From NCBI GenBank assembly GCA_963693365.1, contig CAVNZM010000011.1, positions 1,532,489 to 1,596,488 on the forward strand: a stretch of DNA of 64,000 nt. Direction: 5' to 3'. Numbering within the stretch: position 1 is the first letter of the stretch; every line of letters starts with the position of its first letter. Origin of the DNA: Amoebidium appalachense (lineage: Eukaryota > Protista > Ichthyosporea). Below, piece by piece: positions 14,477-49,468 of the stretch. A program made the translations under genes and the position numbers. The notes beneath the pieces were generated by a model, which searched no databases, was not told where the DNA came from, and saw nothing but the letters and a program-made list of their open reading frames with translations.

Positions 14477-16036
14477 ACACACACACCCCTCCTTTTTCAG
14501 TGTTTTGAAAGCTTCTTCGTTCTCCACTGATGCAACTCTTCTTTTACCTTCATCCCCACAAGGATGCTGCAACACATTAAATCTTAGGGGCTCACAATTC
14601 TATAAATGGTTATTGCGAACTACCCACATTTCAACCAACTGCAGAGACATAACATTCCAAACCACCAACACAAACACCCCCATCACTGTCAAAACACTAT
14701 GAACCATATACACACCAACATGTGTGAACAGAGTTTTAGAAAACATATTCTAACCGTTGTCCCCCCCCATATAGCTACGTCCTATAAATGTTGTTGGTAT
14801 AATGTATTGTAGTTAACATACTGCACTGCATCTAGACACAACATGGAATGGATGTGTCTTGACTTCCGAAAGTTCGAAACACAAACCTTCACCATTTCAG
14901 CGGCTTTCCTGATGGAATTTCCGCGGTGCAGAATACACCAATCACAGGACAACAAGGTTAAACCTACGGCTTTTATGATTGGTTTAAACGGTACCACCAA
15001 GCCATTCTACCTACACCAAACATTTCAGAGTCCCCCTATATATTCGAAAACAGAACTTCTCAGAAACTTGAAAAGTGCATACGTTTGTGGTATCTGTGCA
15101 TATCTCCTAAAGCTCATTTTTTACTGCTATATTATATGCGTTGCTAGTTAGATATATACAACTATCAATATACCTAATTAATGGTCTGTGGACACTGGAC
15201 AGTGGACTTCTTGTTTTGTTTTTTTGCGATATGACCACCCCCTAGCAGTGGAGGGAGACACGTCGGACAGCCACAGCTGACCAAGCTTGCAAACTTCACA
15301 GAGTGGTCACACAGTACGTTATCGGTTGTATGCAGAAGCACAGATGTGCACAGGCACACAGGCACATGCACACTAGCACATACACGCACCCACACCAACA
15401 CGTCCATACGTAAGCACACAAGCCCGCACACAATAACACACGCACTATGCTCAGATCGTCTGGGATACTGGCAAGCTAGCCTCGAGCTGGAACATCCGCA
15501 CCAGCGTGGAACCGTGGTGCAAGGCTCGGCTGCGCTGCTCTCAGGCTCCAGAAACGGCCACGTTTGTAAACATGGGTACTGTTATCACCTTTTTGCCCTT
15601 TACTTTCTCGCTCTTCATCCCTTACTGTACTTGCTGCTAAAGAACCGTCTTTGCCACTCCCCGTTAGTGTAACCTGTTTGGAAAACGGCTGTAGGGAACA
15701 GATGAGCACGTAAAGGCCTGGGGGGCATTGTGGTATGAACAAGGTTCTGTGTGACAAGCTGACAGAAAGGAGAGAGGGAAGGGCAGAGTGGGAGGTGGGG
15801 GAGGGGTAGGGGGAGGGAGTTTAAGGGAAATGCTAAGAGGGCATTAGGAAATGTTAGCAGAATCAGCTAGGCAACGCTTAATTCTTACACTGCCTTGCAA
15901 CTGTCTGTCGTTCAGGTGGAGAAAGGGCTACACAATAAAATGCACTATAGGATTCGCGAACACACATAAAGCCCATGGGCAACTACATGCAAGCACGCGC
16001 CCGCGCCCGCGTGCGCACACACACATACACACACGT

Positions 16037-16114
<78 letters not shown>

Positions 16115-16671
16115 GCACACGCGCACGGGTGCCCACGCTCGGACATGCACACATACACGCACATGCACACGCAAATACACACACACACACACCGTGACAC
16201 ACACACTCGGATGCCCAGGCACAACCACACACACACGAACCCACACACACACACATGAACACAGACAGATGCCTGAAAAAGATTCCACCAGCACATATGA
16301 AAGCAAGCATACCCACACAGAGGCACGCCCACGTAGTGTAAGGTGGAATTCGTGCATATTCCACGGATCCAAATTGGATAAAGATTGCTCCCTCAGGCAA
16401 CTCCACCTAGCACACCATCAAGGCAACTCCAACTAGCACACCATCTGGACACTACGTAGCCTATACATCTGTTTGTATTTGTGCACATACGTGCTTGGTA
16501 TGACCCTTCTTTTTCTGAATACCCCCCCCCCCCCCCCCCCCCCCCCCACCACCACCACCACCACCACACACACACACACACACACATACACACACACTCA
16601 CCCACAAAACATGCACACACGCAACACCCCCACCCCCACTCTCCCCCCCCTGCTTGCCTGGTGCTGAAAAC

Positions 16672-38726
<22,055 letters not shown>

Positions 38727-39149
38727 GACCCCCCTTCCCTCCCCTTCCCCGTCTCAAAAAAGAAAGTAGTCGAATTTGAAAGAATGACATGATGAATGTA
38801 GATGGCGCGAATGTATTAACAGGTATGAATGATGTGTAAGGACGCAATGGGAGTGCTGGGTGAATGTAGTGTATTTCAACCTCAAGCCCACCAGGCTTTC
38901 TAATAATGCTGGTGCTTTTAAAAATGTGTTCGAAACGGCAAAAGAAGCTATGTAGTTAATAAGTGGAAATGGCCCACGGATTGTATGTACGCAGTATATC
39001 TATAAGAATATAATGAAAGGTAGCAATGTAAATAAGAATTTTTCCCATTGCAAGTTTTTGCCCCATGATTGCACAGGCGCGCTGTAGATACCACATAGAT
39101 TGTGGCCAGATTCCGGCTGGTATAGAAATGATGCAAGTATGAAAATATA

Positions 39150-39425
39150 CTTTGCTAAAGTTGAGGCTGTGCTTTGGTAAAGTTGAATATATATATGGTG
39201 GAGTGGAAGCTACACTCTTTGTAAAGTTGAAGATATATATTTTAGTGTATTTTGGTGAAGCGGAAATATCCTGGTAAAGTTGAATATAAATTTTGGTGAA
39301 GTGGAAGCTATACTCTTGGTAAAGTTGACGACATATTCTGGTGAAGTGGAAGCTGTACTCTTGGTAACGTTGAAGATAAGTTTTGGTGAAGTTGAACAAA
39401 GTTTTGAGATAGTTTGCATTTTGGT
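39150..39425. repeat. Degenerate ~39-bp tandem repeat downstream of the lipase gene
   Basis: Recurrent TGGTGAAGTGGAAGCT-ACTCTTGGTAAAGTTGA units. Confidence 0.75.
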
Positions 39426-39572
39426 AAGTAATATAAGCCAAGGGGGCACATAAAACTGGCACTGCTGGCATTGTGTATATACATATATATAGACGCACGG
39501 CAGGGTCCCATGGCCGATAGGGGAGAACGTTAAATTTTGCCTAGCCATTAGCACTGCTTTGTGAATCCAGAT

Positions 39573-39612
<40 letters not shown>

Positions 39613-41329
39613 TATCCCAGCGCAAACACAAACACACGCACACACGCACACGCACACACACATGCACACACACACACACACACACACATTCAGCTTGTGC
39701 ACACACAAGCATTACACACACACATGCATGAGACTCGAGCTCAACGCCTCCTATATACCAACTAGCCAATTCTTGGTTCTGCGTGCCCCCTGGCGGGGGC
39801 ACGCCTTACGGGTCTGAAGCCTTTGGCACGCACACACACACACGCACAAACACCTGTAAACAGTCACACAGTGACAGTGGCATAACGCATGAACGTTCAA
39901 ATACACATCACAAGCACGCGCACGTCATGTACACTTGCACGCACCACGCATACATGTGCACAAACACACACACACAAACAGGTTAGTCTTCATGCAACTC
40001 AGTGACACTGCAGCTGATTGTGCCCAAGCGGTCACCCAAGCATGCATACCCGCCAAACGGCACAGGCCTAAAATTTTACAAATAGGCCTAGGCCTGAGTC
40101 AGCCTGAGTCGCCACGTACATGTATACATCCACACGCGTAGGCTACTCAGTGTAGTACTCCGTGACGGTCCCACGTGCACGGACGCGCTGGGAGCTCCGC
40201 CGCTCAGGCACGGACAGGCAGGCGCTGATCATGAGTCTGAAGCCAGCAGCAGAGGATCTAGATCTAGATCTCCTGGGCCAATCATTAAGAGATTTGCCAG
40301 ACAAGAATCTTCAAAACTTTGATCTTGTAGATCCTGTATACAGCTGCACCACACACCGGGCCGCTGACGCGTGCAGCGCGCGCAACACGTACAGTCTCGA
40401 AGAAGTGTGTCACTTACAGGTTTTGATAGGCACTTACCTTTGCGCATGCCATGTTTCCGTGCCGTACATATATGAAGTGTTTGCTTACCTGATATTCATG
40501 TTAACACAAGGATGAAATCACAAAATAGAAAGTACGTTTACATGTACACATGTGCATCATGTGCATGCCTGACTGATCATGCATGTGCCATGATCGATGT
40601 AATAGACTCTACGCACATCATGTGCGCCGTGCGGGGTAGGGGCACGCACATCATGTGGGCCGTGGACGTCATGTCCCGTGTACTTATGACACATATACAC
40701 ATACGTGTTGTGCCCACGCACGTAAGGTGCCCATTATGTACGTGAGTACATGTACGTGAAACTGGCCCATTTTCTCATTTAAGAGGCTGTGGAGCTCGTC
40801 TCCTGAACACTCATGACAAAAGCCTCACGTTCGTTAGGTCTTACGTGAATTCGAACCTGACAGTGATATTCAAGAAAATAGGGGAGCCGTGTGTTCCGTT
40901 TTACACGATTCGGAACCTGAAAAAGCTTTGGGATACAGAAACGATAGACATGCCTTGAAATTATTGTGAGAGTTTCGGAGGTTTCCCACGTGCTGCTCAG
41001 GATCTGACTGGTGCCGCTGCTTGGCGTATGCTGTCAATATAGAATCTGTACTGATATAGGAGGCCGTGATGAGACCACACACATCCGCACCCACCTGTGC
41101 GGGCACGGCTATGGAGACCAGTTAATTATCTGGCATAATGGTGACGAGAAGACAAACTTTGAATCTCGACTTTGACCAAAGCTTTTGCCCGCATGTGTGC
41201 GCACTTTCACCAGCCGCACACATGTACACCCCTCGTTTAATGTAGTCATTGCCCACGTGCAACACAGGAAGGATGTTATGTCAACATGTGACCCTCCCCC
41301 CCCCCCCCCCCCCCCCCCCCCGCCCCCCC

Positions 41330-41375
<46 letters not shown>

Positions 41376-41533
41376 ACAAACATACACACTGGCCACCACC
41401 ACCACCACCACACCAGCACACCACCACACACACAAACCTGCTACAATCCCAGGGACGGTAATGTAACTCTGCCATCCTATATGACCCCTCCCCTCCCATT
41501 TCCCCCTCCCCACCCACCCACCCACCACCACCA

Positions 41534-41566
<33 letters not shown>

Positions 41567-42719
41567 TACAGACAGAAGTGCGCACCACCACCACTTTGCT
41601 TGTCGTCACCCGCACCGGTTTAGACCGAGTTTACAGCCTCTACCTGTATTTTCACCAACCACACGTACCTCGGGCATGTATATGCCGCCTACGTGGAATA
41701 CAATACATAAGAGTGTACACTTGAGAGGGAAGGGAGGGGGGGGGGGGGGGGGGGGGGGGGGGAGGGGGTTCTTAGGCTCTGCAGTAGTAGATGGCCATGG
41801 CAAACATGGAAGCACAGACATACTAATACAGCTGGAACAGATCTAGCACAACTGAAAACCACCAGAAAAGTTCACTGGCCAAGGACACTAAACATGCACA
41901 GCTTGGCCTCGGAAGGGCTCCAAAGCCTTCACAAGGCGTATTTTTGGGGATCTCGATTGATTCTAGAGCTGTGGTGCTCACTCTGAACCTCAAGATCGGG
42001 AGCAGTTGGATCTTTGCCTCGAGTAAACAGCGTAAACCCCAGTTGGATATAACACCAAATCATGATCATAGTAAACAACCCTTGCTCCCCCATTCGCAGA
42101 AAAACACAGAAGAACACTAAAGCACGCTCTGGCTGTGGATACCACACATGCAATATTCTGTGACGGTCCAGCTACTAGGCATGTATTTGCGGCAATGTAA
42201 GGGTGGTGTGCATGTGTGTGTATGTTTTGTGTGTGTGTTTCCATGTATCATGGGTGTTTGCATATTCGTGGCCGCATGTGTGTGCATATGCCTGTGTTTA
42301 TACACACGTCGACGTCCGCCGATCCAGTCGCGAAAAAGACAGTGAAACAGCGGAGTGCTTAACACACGTGCACCCGTCACGAGTTGAAGCAACCACAGGC
42401 CCCGTCCGGGCTCAAGGCCGCGTCACTTGCGGAATTGGCCAGATATTTATGTTTCTTCGAACTGCACGCCGCAACATCTATTCTTTATTTCAAAAACCTT
42501 TTTGCTCTTAAAAATAAATCACAGGGCATTGAGAACAGGAACCGTTTTCGGACTGCATATGTTTACCTGCTAATGCCACGGTTACACGATTTGCATGGCC
42601 ACTTACACTAAGAAATAAAAAGGGGGGGGTGTCCTTCGAGTTAGTTTAACAGACGAGGTTGTAATCAAATCATCGAAGACAAATGAAACCTATCACGAAG
42701 TCAAACGAAACCTATCATT

Positions 42720-43345
<626 letters not shown>

Positions 43346-43999
43346 GTGAAACTGCGCCACCAGGTGGTTTACACTGACCGTCTCAGTCTGTCAGCCATCA
43401 GTCAGGCGTTTTTCCCATGACGTGAGCCAAAATAGTGAACCAATCAAACGCCGAAGACTAAATCTATAATTGGATAAGTGGGAACCAATAGAAAAATATG
43501 GGAACGGATTTTGGAATTGATTGGTTACGCATTTGGTGCTCACACATCCAAATTTGAAAGAAAGAACCATCTGGAAGCGAATTCATTATCTGCGTGTGCA
43601 ACCACCGTGTCGATTGCATACGGCAAAAAATACAATATAAACATATTACTTCATATTGTAATAAACAGTAGCTCTTTTATATTCAAAATCCTATACATCT
43701 ACCTGTTTTTGGGCAGTGCTGAATGTCTCAGCCACGTTGCATTCCTGAATTCGCCAAATCTCCGAGAACGACACTGGATTGGCCGTTGGGCCAGCTAATA
43801 GATTTAGTTGAGCTTCATTGTTGGACTAGTCACGTGGCCTGGTAACTTTGAGATCACACCACACCAAACCATCTCCGATCCGATCGCGATCAATCTATTT
43901 CCCACTTCCCACTTTTCCCACTTAAAAATTGAAAAAGAGAAAAAAAAGAGACAAAACAAACGATACAGCATTACCCACTTCTAAGTGGGAAAGTGGCCA

Positions 44000-44024
<25 letters not shown>

Positions 44025-44030
<6 letters not shown>

Positions 44031-44310
44031 AAAGCTAAGTCTACACGAGAGAGAGAGAGAAAAGAGAGAGAGAAAAAAGCTAAGTCTACACGAGAGAGGA
44101 GAGAGAGAAAAAAGCTAAGTCTACACGAGAGAGAGAGAGAAAAGAGAGAGAGAAAAAAGCTAAGTCTACACGAGAGAGAGAGAGAGAGAAAAAAGCTAAG
44201 TCTACACGAGAGAGAGAGAGAGAGAAAAAAGCTAAGTCGGGAGAGAAAAAAGCTAAGTCTACACGAGAGAGAGAGAGAGAAAAAAGCTAAGTCTACACGA
44301 GCTAAGTCTT
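44025..44310. repeat. Subterminal array of AAAAAAGCTAAGTCTACACG units separated by variable (GA)n
   Basis: About 8 copies plus a partial copy. Confidence 0.92.
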
Positions 44311-44317
44311 GACCCGG

Positions 44318-44555
44318 GCAGGGGGGGGGCAGGGGGGGGGCACGTGAGGCAGGGGGGGCACGTGAGGCAGGAGGGGCAGGTGAGGCAGGGGGGGCACGTG
44401 AGGCAGGAGGGGCAGGGGGGCAGGGGGGGCAGGGGGGGCAGGTGAGGCAGGGGGGGCACGTGAGGCAGGGGGGGCACGTGAGGCAGGGGGGGGCACGCGA
44501 GGCACGTGAGGCACGCGAGGCAGGGGGGCACGTGAGGCACGTGAGGCAGGGGGGC
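44318..44555. repeat. G-rich array of GCACGTGAGGCAGGGGGG units (E-box CACGTG core)
   Basis: More than 10 imperfect copies, followed by a G-run and (TA)n at 44638-44672. Confidence 0.9.
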
Positions 44556-44634
44556 CGGGGGCCGGGGGGGGGGGGGGGGGGTTTATTTGGAAAATATTCA
44601 CCAAACATATCGAGTAACAACACAATGAAACTTT

Positions 44635-44675
<41 letters not shown>

Positions 44676-44823
44676 ACAAGCCAAGTCGATATAAGAAACA
44701 AGCACAGAAACACATATGCATACTAATAGAAGCCGAATCTACTGTTAAGACTAAGAACACGCATACATCGACACTAATGACATGATTTACATCCGTGTAA
44801 CACATCGTAAAGCAACACAAAAC

Positions 44824-46007
44824 CTATTCATCAGGCTTTGACTCGTCTTCGATTCTCTTCTGCCAGGCCGCAATTTTAGCCTGTTTAGCCTGCTCCTGTG
44901 TCAATATATTCTTCCTTTCCAGTTTACAAATATTCTTGCAAGTATCCATATATTCAGAAAATGCACGTTTTCTACTCTCTGGGTTATTACAGTCGGCAAT
45001 GTTGTTGGGTGCGGGCGATTGGGGCGAGGGAGCCGACTTAGACTTCTCAGACTTCTTGGGCTTAGACTTCTTGGGCTTGGAGTGCTTTTGAACACCGGCA
45101 TTCGCGATCTTCCGAAGTGCCTCGGCAGGCCCGGGGGGGTCTTGCCCACCGATGGAATCGCCAACTTGCGGCCAGTGGTCTTACTGATCCCATTAGAGAC
45201 GACGGGCTGAGCGACAGGCGGACGATCTTGAGTGGTGTCATCGTCAGAGGAAACATCGATCGGAGCGGTTTGGGGGGCGGCGATTGGATGGCGTGACTCG
45301 ACAAAGATCGGATTGCCCAGTTCATCGAACCGCGAGGCTGGCACATCGATAACCACGTTGTCCTGGCTCTCACGATTCTTCTGCATAAGACTGTTGAACT
45401 CTTTGAGACAGATAGCCCCCTTGTTGTCATCGTTGTCATCGTTGTCATCGTTGTCATCGTTGTCATCGTTGTCATCGTCATCAGATGAAGACGAAGACGA
45501 TTCGGTATCAGACTTACTACTGGAGCTCCTTGCCGAATTGTGATCACCCGCCTTAGTATCATCTGGGTCTTGCTCGGCCATCTCGGTGTCGACATCTTGA
45601 GGCGGAACCATGGGGGCGACATCTTAAGGCGGGGCGATGGGGGCGGCACCCATAGACTGGTCGAGATCACCGGCACGTGATTCGACATTCCGAGCAATCT
45701 TGGCGTTGCGGTTGCTACTCTTGCAGTAAGAAACGATGGCGGTCCTCAGACTCTCTTCGTCTTCTGAAGTGAAACCCCTCGGGTATTGCGGTATCCCTTC
45801 AGGTAACATACACTTGATAGCAGAAAGGATTTCCTTGAGCCCCTCGTCGTGGGTATAGTCGGCAAAAGTAGCCATCAGATCACGGACAACACATCCGAAC
45901 CCAGCAACGCGCACAAGGTTTTTGACATTCCTAGGAATGGCAAGGGCCGCCTCGATTGCAGCACCATCAACCCCCAAGTCGTAGTCTCGAGAGCTAAGGT
46001 TAGACAT
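44824..46007 (-). pseudogene. ORFan (acidic DDN repeats, Ser/Pro/Arg-rich) interrupted by one in-frame TAA; probable 71-nt intron
   Basis: ATG at 46007 (MSNLSSRDYDLG). The TAA at 45626-45624 is in frame with the 45611 ORF. A GT..AG segment at 44966-44896 joins to the final exon EQAKQAKIAAWQKRIEDESKPDE*. Confidence 0.6.
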
Positions 46008-46244
46008 GTTGAAAACAGCCTCGTTGAGAGCTAGAGTAGATGTGAAGAGAAAGCTGCGACTGTAGGATGAGCATACTGACACACACGCAACACTTCTTAT
46101 AGCCAGGAGACACACAACGTAGCGACAAAAACAAAGTATCAAGAGACATCCATTAATTGGACCGCCCGGTTTAAGATTGTTGTACACCAATCACAGAAGG
46201 AGGATAAAATAACAAAAAAAAAAACAACAACAGAAATATCACAC

Positions 46245-48098
46245 ATCAGATTGCGCGTTCGACACGATAGGGTCTTCGAACTCTTGACCACACGACCACG
46301 CCCCAACCGCGCGTTCCGATTTGTCGCCACACAGAACCCGTGTTTCCGTCCCACCAATCAGATTGCGCGTCCGACACGACAGGGTCTTCGATGATGCTCC
46401 TACTCTTGACCGCAGTCCCGTCACCACGACCACGCCCCAACCGCGCGTTCCGATTTGTCGCCACACAGAACCCGTGTTTCCGTCCCACCAATCAGATTGC
46501 GCGTCCGACACGACAGGGTCTTCGATGATGCTCCTACTCTTGACCGCAGTCCCGTCACCACGACCACGCCCCAACCGCGCGTTCCGATTTGTCGCCACAC
46601 AGAACCCGCGTTTCCGTCCCACCAATCAGATTGCGCGTCCGACACGACAGGGTCTTCGATGATGCTCCTACTCTTGACCGCAGTCCCGTCACCACGACCA
46701 CGCCCCAACCGCGCGTTCCGATTTGTCGCCACACAGAACCCGTGTTTCCGTCCCACCAATCAGATTGCGCGTCCGACACGACAGGGTCTTCGATGATGCT
46801 CCTACTCTTGACCGCAGTCCCGTCACCACGACCACGCCCCAACCGCGCGTTCCGATTTGTCGCCACACAGAACCCGTGTTTCCGTCCCACCAATCAGATT
46901 GCGCGTCCGACACGACAGGGTCTTCGATGATGCTCCTACTCTTGACCGCAGTCCCGTCACCACGACCACGCCCCAACCGCGCGTTCCGATTTGTCGCCAC
47001 ACAGAACCCGTGTTTCCGTCCCACCAATCAGATTGCGCGTCCGACACGACAGGGTCTTCGATGATGCTCCTACTCTTGACCGCAGTCCCGTCACCACGAC
47101 CACGCCCCAACCGCGCGTTCCGATTTGTCGCCACACAGAACCCGCGTTTCCGTCCCACCAATCAGATTGCGCGTCCGACACGACAGGGTCTTCGATGATG
47201 CTCCTACTCTTGACCGCAGTCCCGTCACCACGACCACGCCCCAACCGCGCGTTCCGATTTGTCGCCACACAGAACCCGTGTTTCCGTCCCACCAATCAGA
47301 TTGCGCGTCCGACACGACAGGGTCTTCGATGATGCTCCTACTCTTGACCGCAGTCCCGTCACCACGACCACGCCCCAACCGCGCGTTCCGATTTGTCGCC
47401 ACACAGAACCCGTGTTTCCGTCCCACCAATCGGATTGCGCGTCCGACACGACAGGGTCTTCGATGATGCTCCTACTCTTGACCGCAGTCCCGTCACCACG
47501 ACCACGCCCCAACCGCGCGTTCCGATTTGTCGCCACACAGAACCCGCGTTTCCGTCCCACCAATCGGATTGCGCGTCCGACACGACAGGGTCTTCGATGA
47601 TGCTTCTACTCTTGACCGCAGCCCCGTCACCACGACCACGCCCCAACCGCGCGTTCCGATTGGTCGCCACACAGAACCCGTGTTTCCGTCCCACCAATCG
47701 GATTGCGCGTCCGACACGACAGGGTCTTCGATGATGCTTCTACTCTTGACCGCAGTCCCGTCACCACGACCACGCCCCAACCGCGCGTTCCGATTGGTCG
47801 CCACACAGAACCCGTGTTTCCGTCCCACCAATCGGATTGCGCGTCCGACACGACAGGGTCTTCGATGATGCTTCTACTCTTGACCGCAGCCCCGTCACCA
47901 CGACCACGCCCCAACCGCGCGTTCCGATTGGTCGCCACACAGAACCCGTGTTTCCGTCCCACCAATCAGATTGCGCGTCCGACACGACAGGGTCTTCGAT
48001 GATGCTTCTACTCTTGACCGCAGCCCCGTCACCACGACCACGCCCCAACCGCGCGTTCCGATTTGTCGCCACACAGAACCCGTGTTTCCGTCCCACCA
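46245..48098. repeat. 134-bp tandem array: 13 full copies plus one shortened first copy
   Basis: Units start at 46357, 46491, 46625 and so on every 134 bp. Copies are near-identical, each with CCAATCAGATTG and GCGCG motifs. Confidence 0.98.
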
Positions 48099-48183
48099 GA
48101 CTAGCCGATTGGCGTGTCTGTTACGAGACCAATAATTTGTCGCTCGGGCGGTGTCGATATTTTCACAGCAATGATAAGCAGAA

Positions 48184-49164
48184 ATGTCAACCGACAACGA
48201 AGAAATTCTAAGCGGAATTCGGAATTCACTGAGCGCCACACACGATGACATCGTCAGATTGTTATCGAAAATGCCAAAAGAAAGCGACACCGCTGGATCG
48301 GGAACAGTTGGGGGTGGCACTGATGTCGACGACCCAAACAAAATAGACGACATTAAAAATATAATAAACATGTTTAACAGAACCTCCACACAGACACTCA
48401 AAATTTTGAACCATTTCACGACGATGGCTGCTCATTTGCAACCAGGCACAACAGAAAAAACCAAAGACGATCCACTCGAGAAGGGATTGGAAAATATCAT
48501 GTCGCAAATAAGCAATGCGATCAAGCTCTTAAATAATCAGAACAGGCTTATAAATTCATTACAAGAGACGGAAAAGGATAACATTAGGCTTCACCACGAA
48601 CTCGCCAATTACAAAAGACTCTACCAGGAAAATAACGAACCCCAACAGAAAACGGCCACATCGAGGGACCCAAACATCCATAGAATTGCATTTCTGGATG
48701 TACACGGCGGCCGCGTATTCACACATGGATCGTCTCCGTGGATGATATACGACGGGACAGTTCACGGGGCAATATCTTCAGGACTGATCCACTTCTCTGG
48801 AGACAAACAGAGCCCCTGTTGGACCGTCAAGGGTGCTTTTGAAGGCACATATGTTGCGTTTCCACTGCACGACTGTGGAACGGTCACGGCCGTCAAATCC
48901 GGCTCGACAACAATCTCAAAAACACTGGCGAGATGCGAGTCTTTCTTCGACGACAAAGCATTTGCATGTGCATCCCTCAAGGCATACCAAGTGACACTCG
49001 CGTCAAGCCGAACAATCGCGACTCTCACGACAAATTTCTTTGTCGGCCACGAACGCAAGCTCGACCCGTACGCACAATCCACAACACAAACGCAACACAC
49101 ACATGGCTGCCCTGCAAGGGACGCCGCACCCACCCGAGGATACATCGAATCAGTGGTCATATGA
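48184..49164 (+). CDS. Hypothetical protein, 326 aa; N-terminal coiled coil and beta-rich C-terminal domain
   Basis: Long, non-repetitive, intronless ORF with heptad-like segment LENIMSQISNAIKLLNNQNRLINSLQ. Confidence 0.75.
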   Translation: MSTDNEEILSGIRNSLSATHDDIVRLLSKMPKESDTAGSGTVGGGTDVDDPNKIDDIKNIINMFNRTSTQTLKILNHFTTMAAHLQPGTTEKTKDDPLEKGLENIMSQISNAIKLLNNQNRLINSLQETEKDNIRLHHELANYKRLYQENNEPQQKTATSRDPNIHRIAFLDVHGGRVFTHGSSPWMIYDGTVHGAISSGLIHFSGDKQSPCWTVKGAFEGTYVAFPLHDCGTVTAVKSGSTTISKTLARCESFFDDKAFACASLKAYQVTLASSRTIATLTTNFFVGHERKLDPYAQSTTQTQHTHGCPARDAAPTRGYIESVVI

Positions 49165-49468
49165 GACTAACCCATTATTTTACTTGCTATTATCGAGCAT
49201 GCACGGAACGGGGAACAACACACAGATACAGATACAGTTTATATATAATGTTTGATGGATACAAACTTTGGCAGTGCTGGCAAACAGAAGCAAAGACTAT
49301 GAACCGTCGACACATGTCGGTGTGCAATTACATATCTTAGTGCCAACACCGAAACCAAATGACAGAACATGGTGTGTAAATTGAATACTAATAAGCGAGC
49401 ACGAAAGCAAAAATAGCCAGCTGTGTAGCTTCAAATCGTTAGTACACCGGGCAATAGTAGCCCACACA

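Noticed and set aside
38956-39498. 180-aa repeat protein (FHFTK repeats)
   Set aside because: It coincides with a 39-bp minisatellite and has no splice or start context supporting coding.
44025-44310. Repeat-spacer (CRISPR/guide) array
   Set aside because: The spacers are only variable-length (GA)n and carry no unique information.
46245-48098. CRISPR-like array, or a family of repeated 112-113 aa ORFs
   Set aside because: There are no unique spacers and no cas genes. The ORFs arise from frame cycling in a 134-bp unit.
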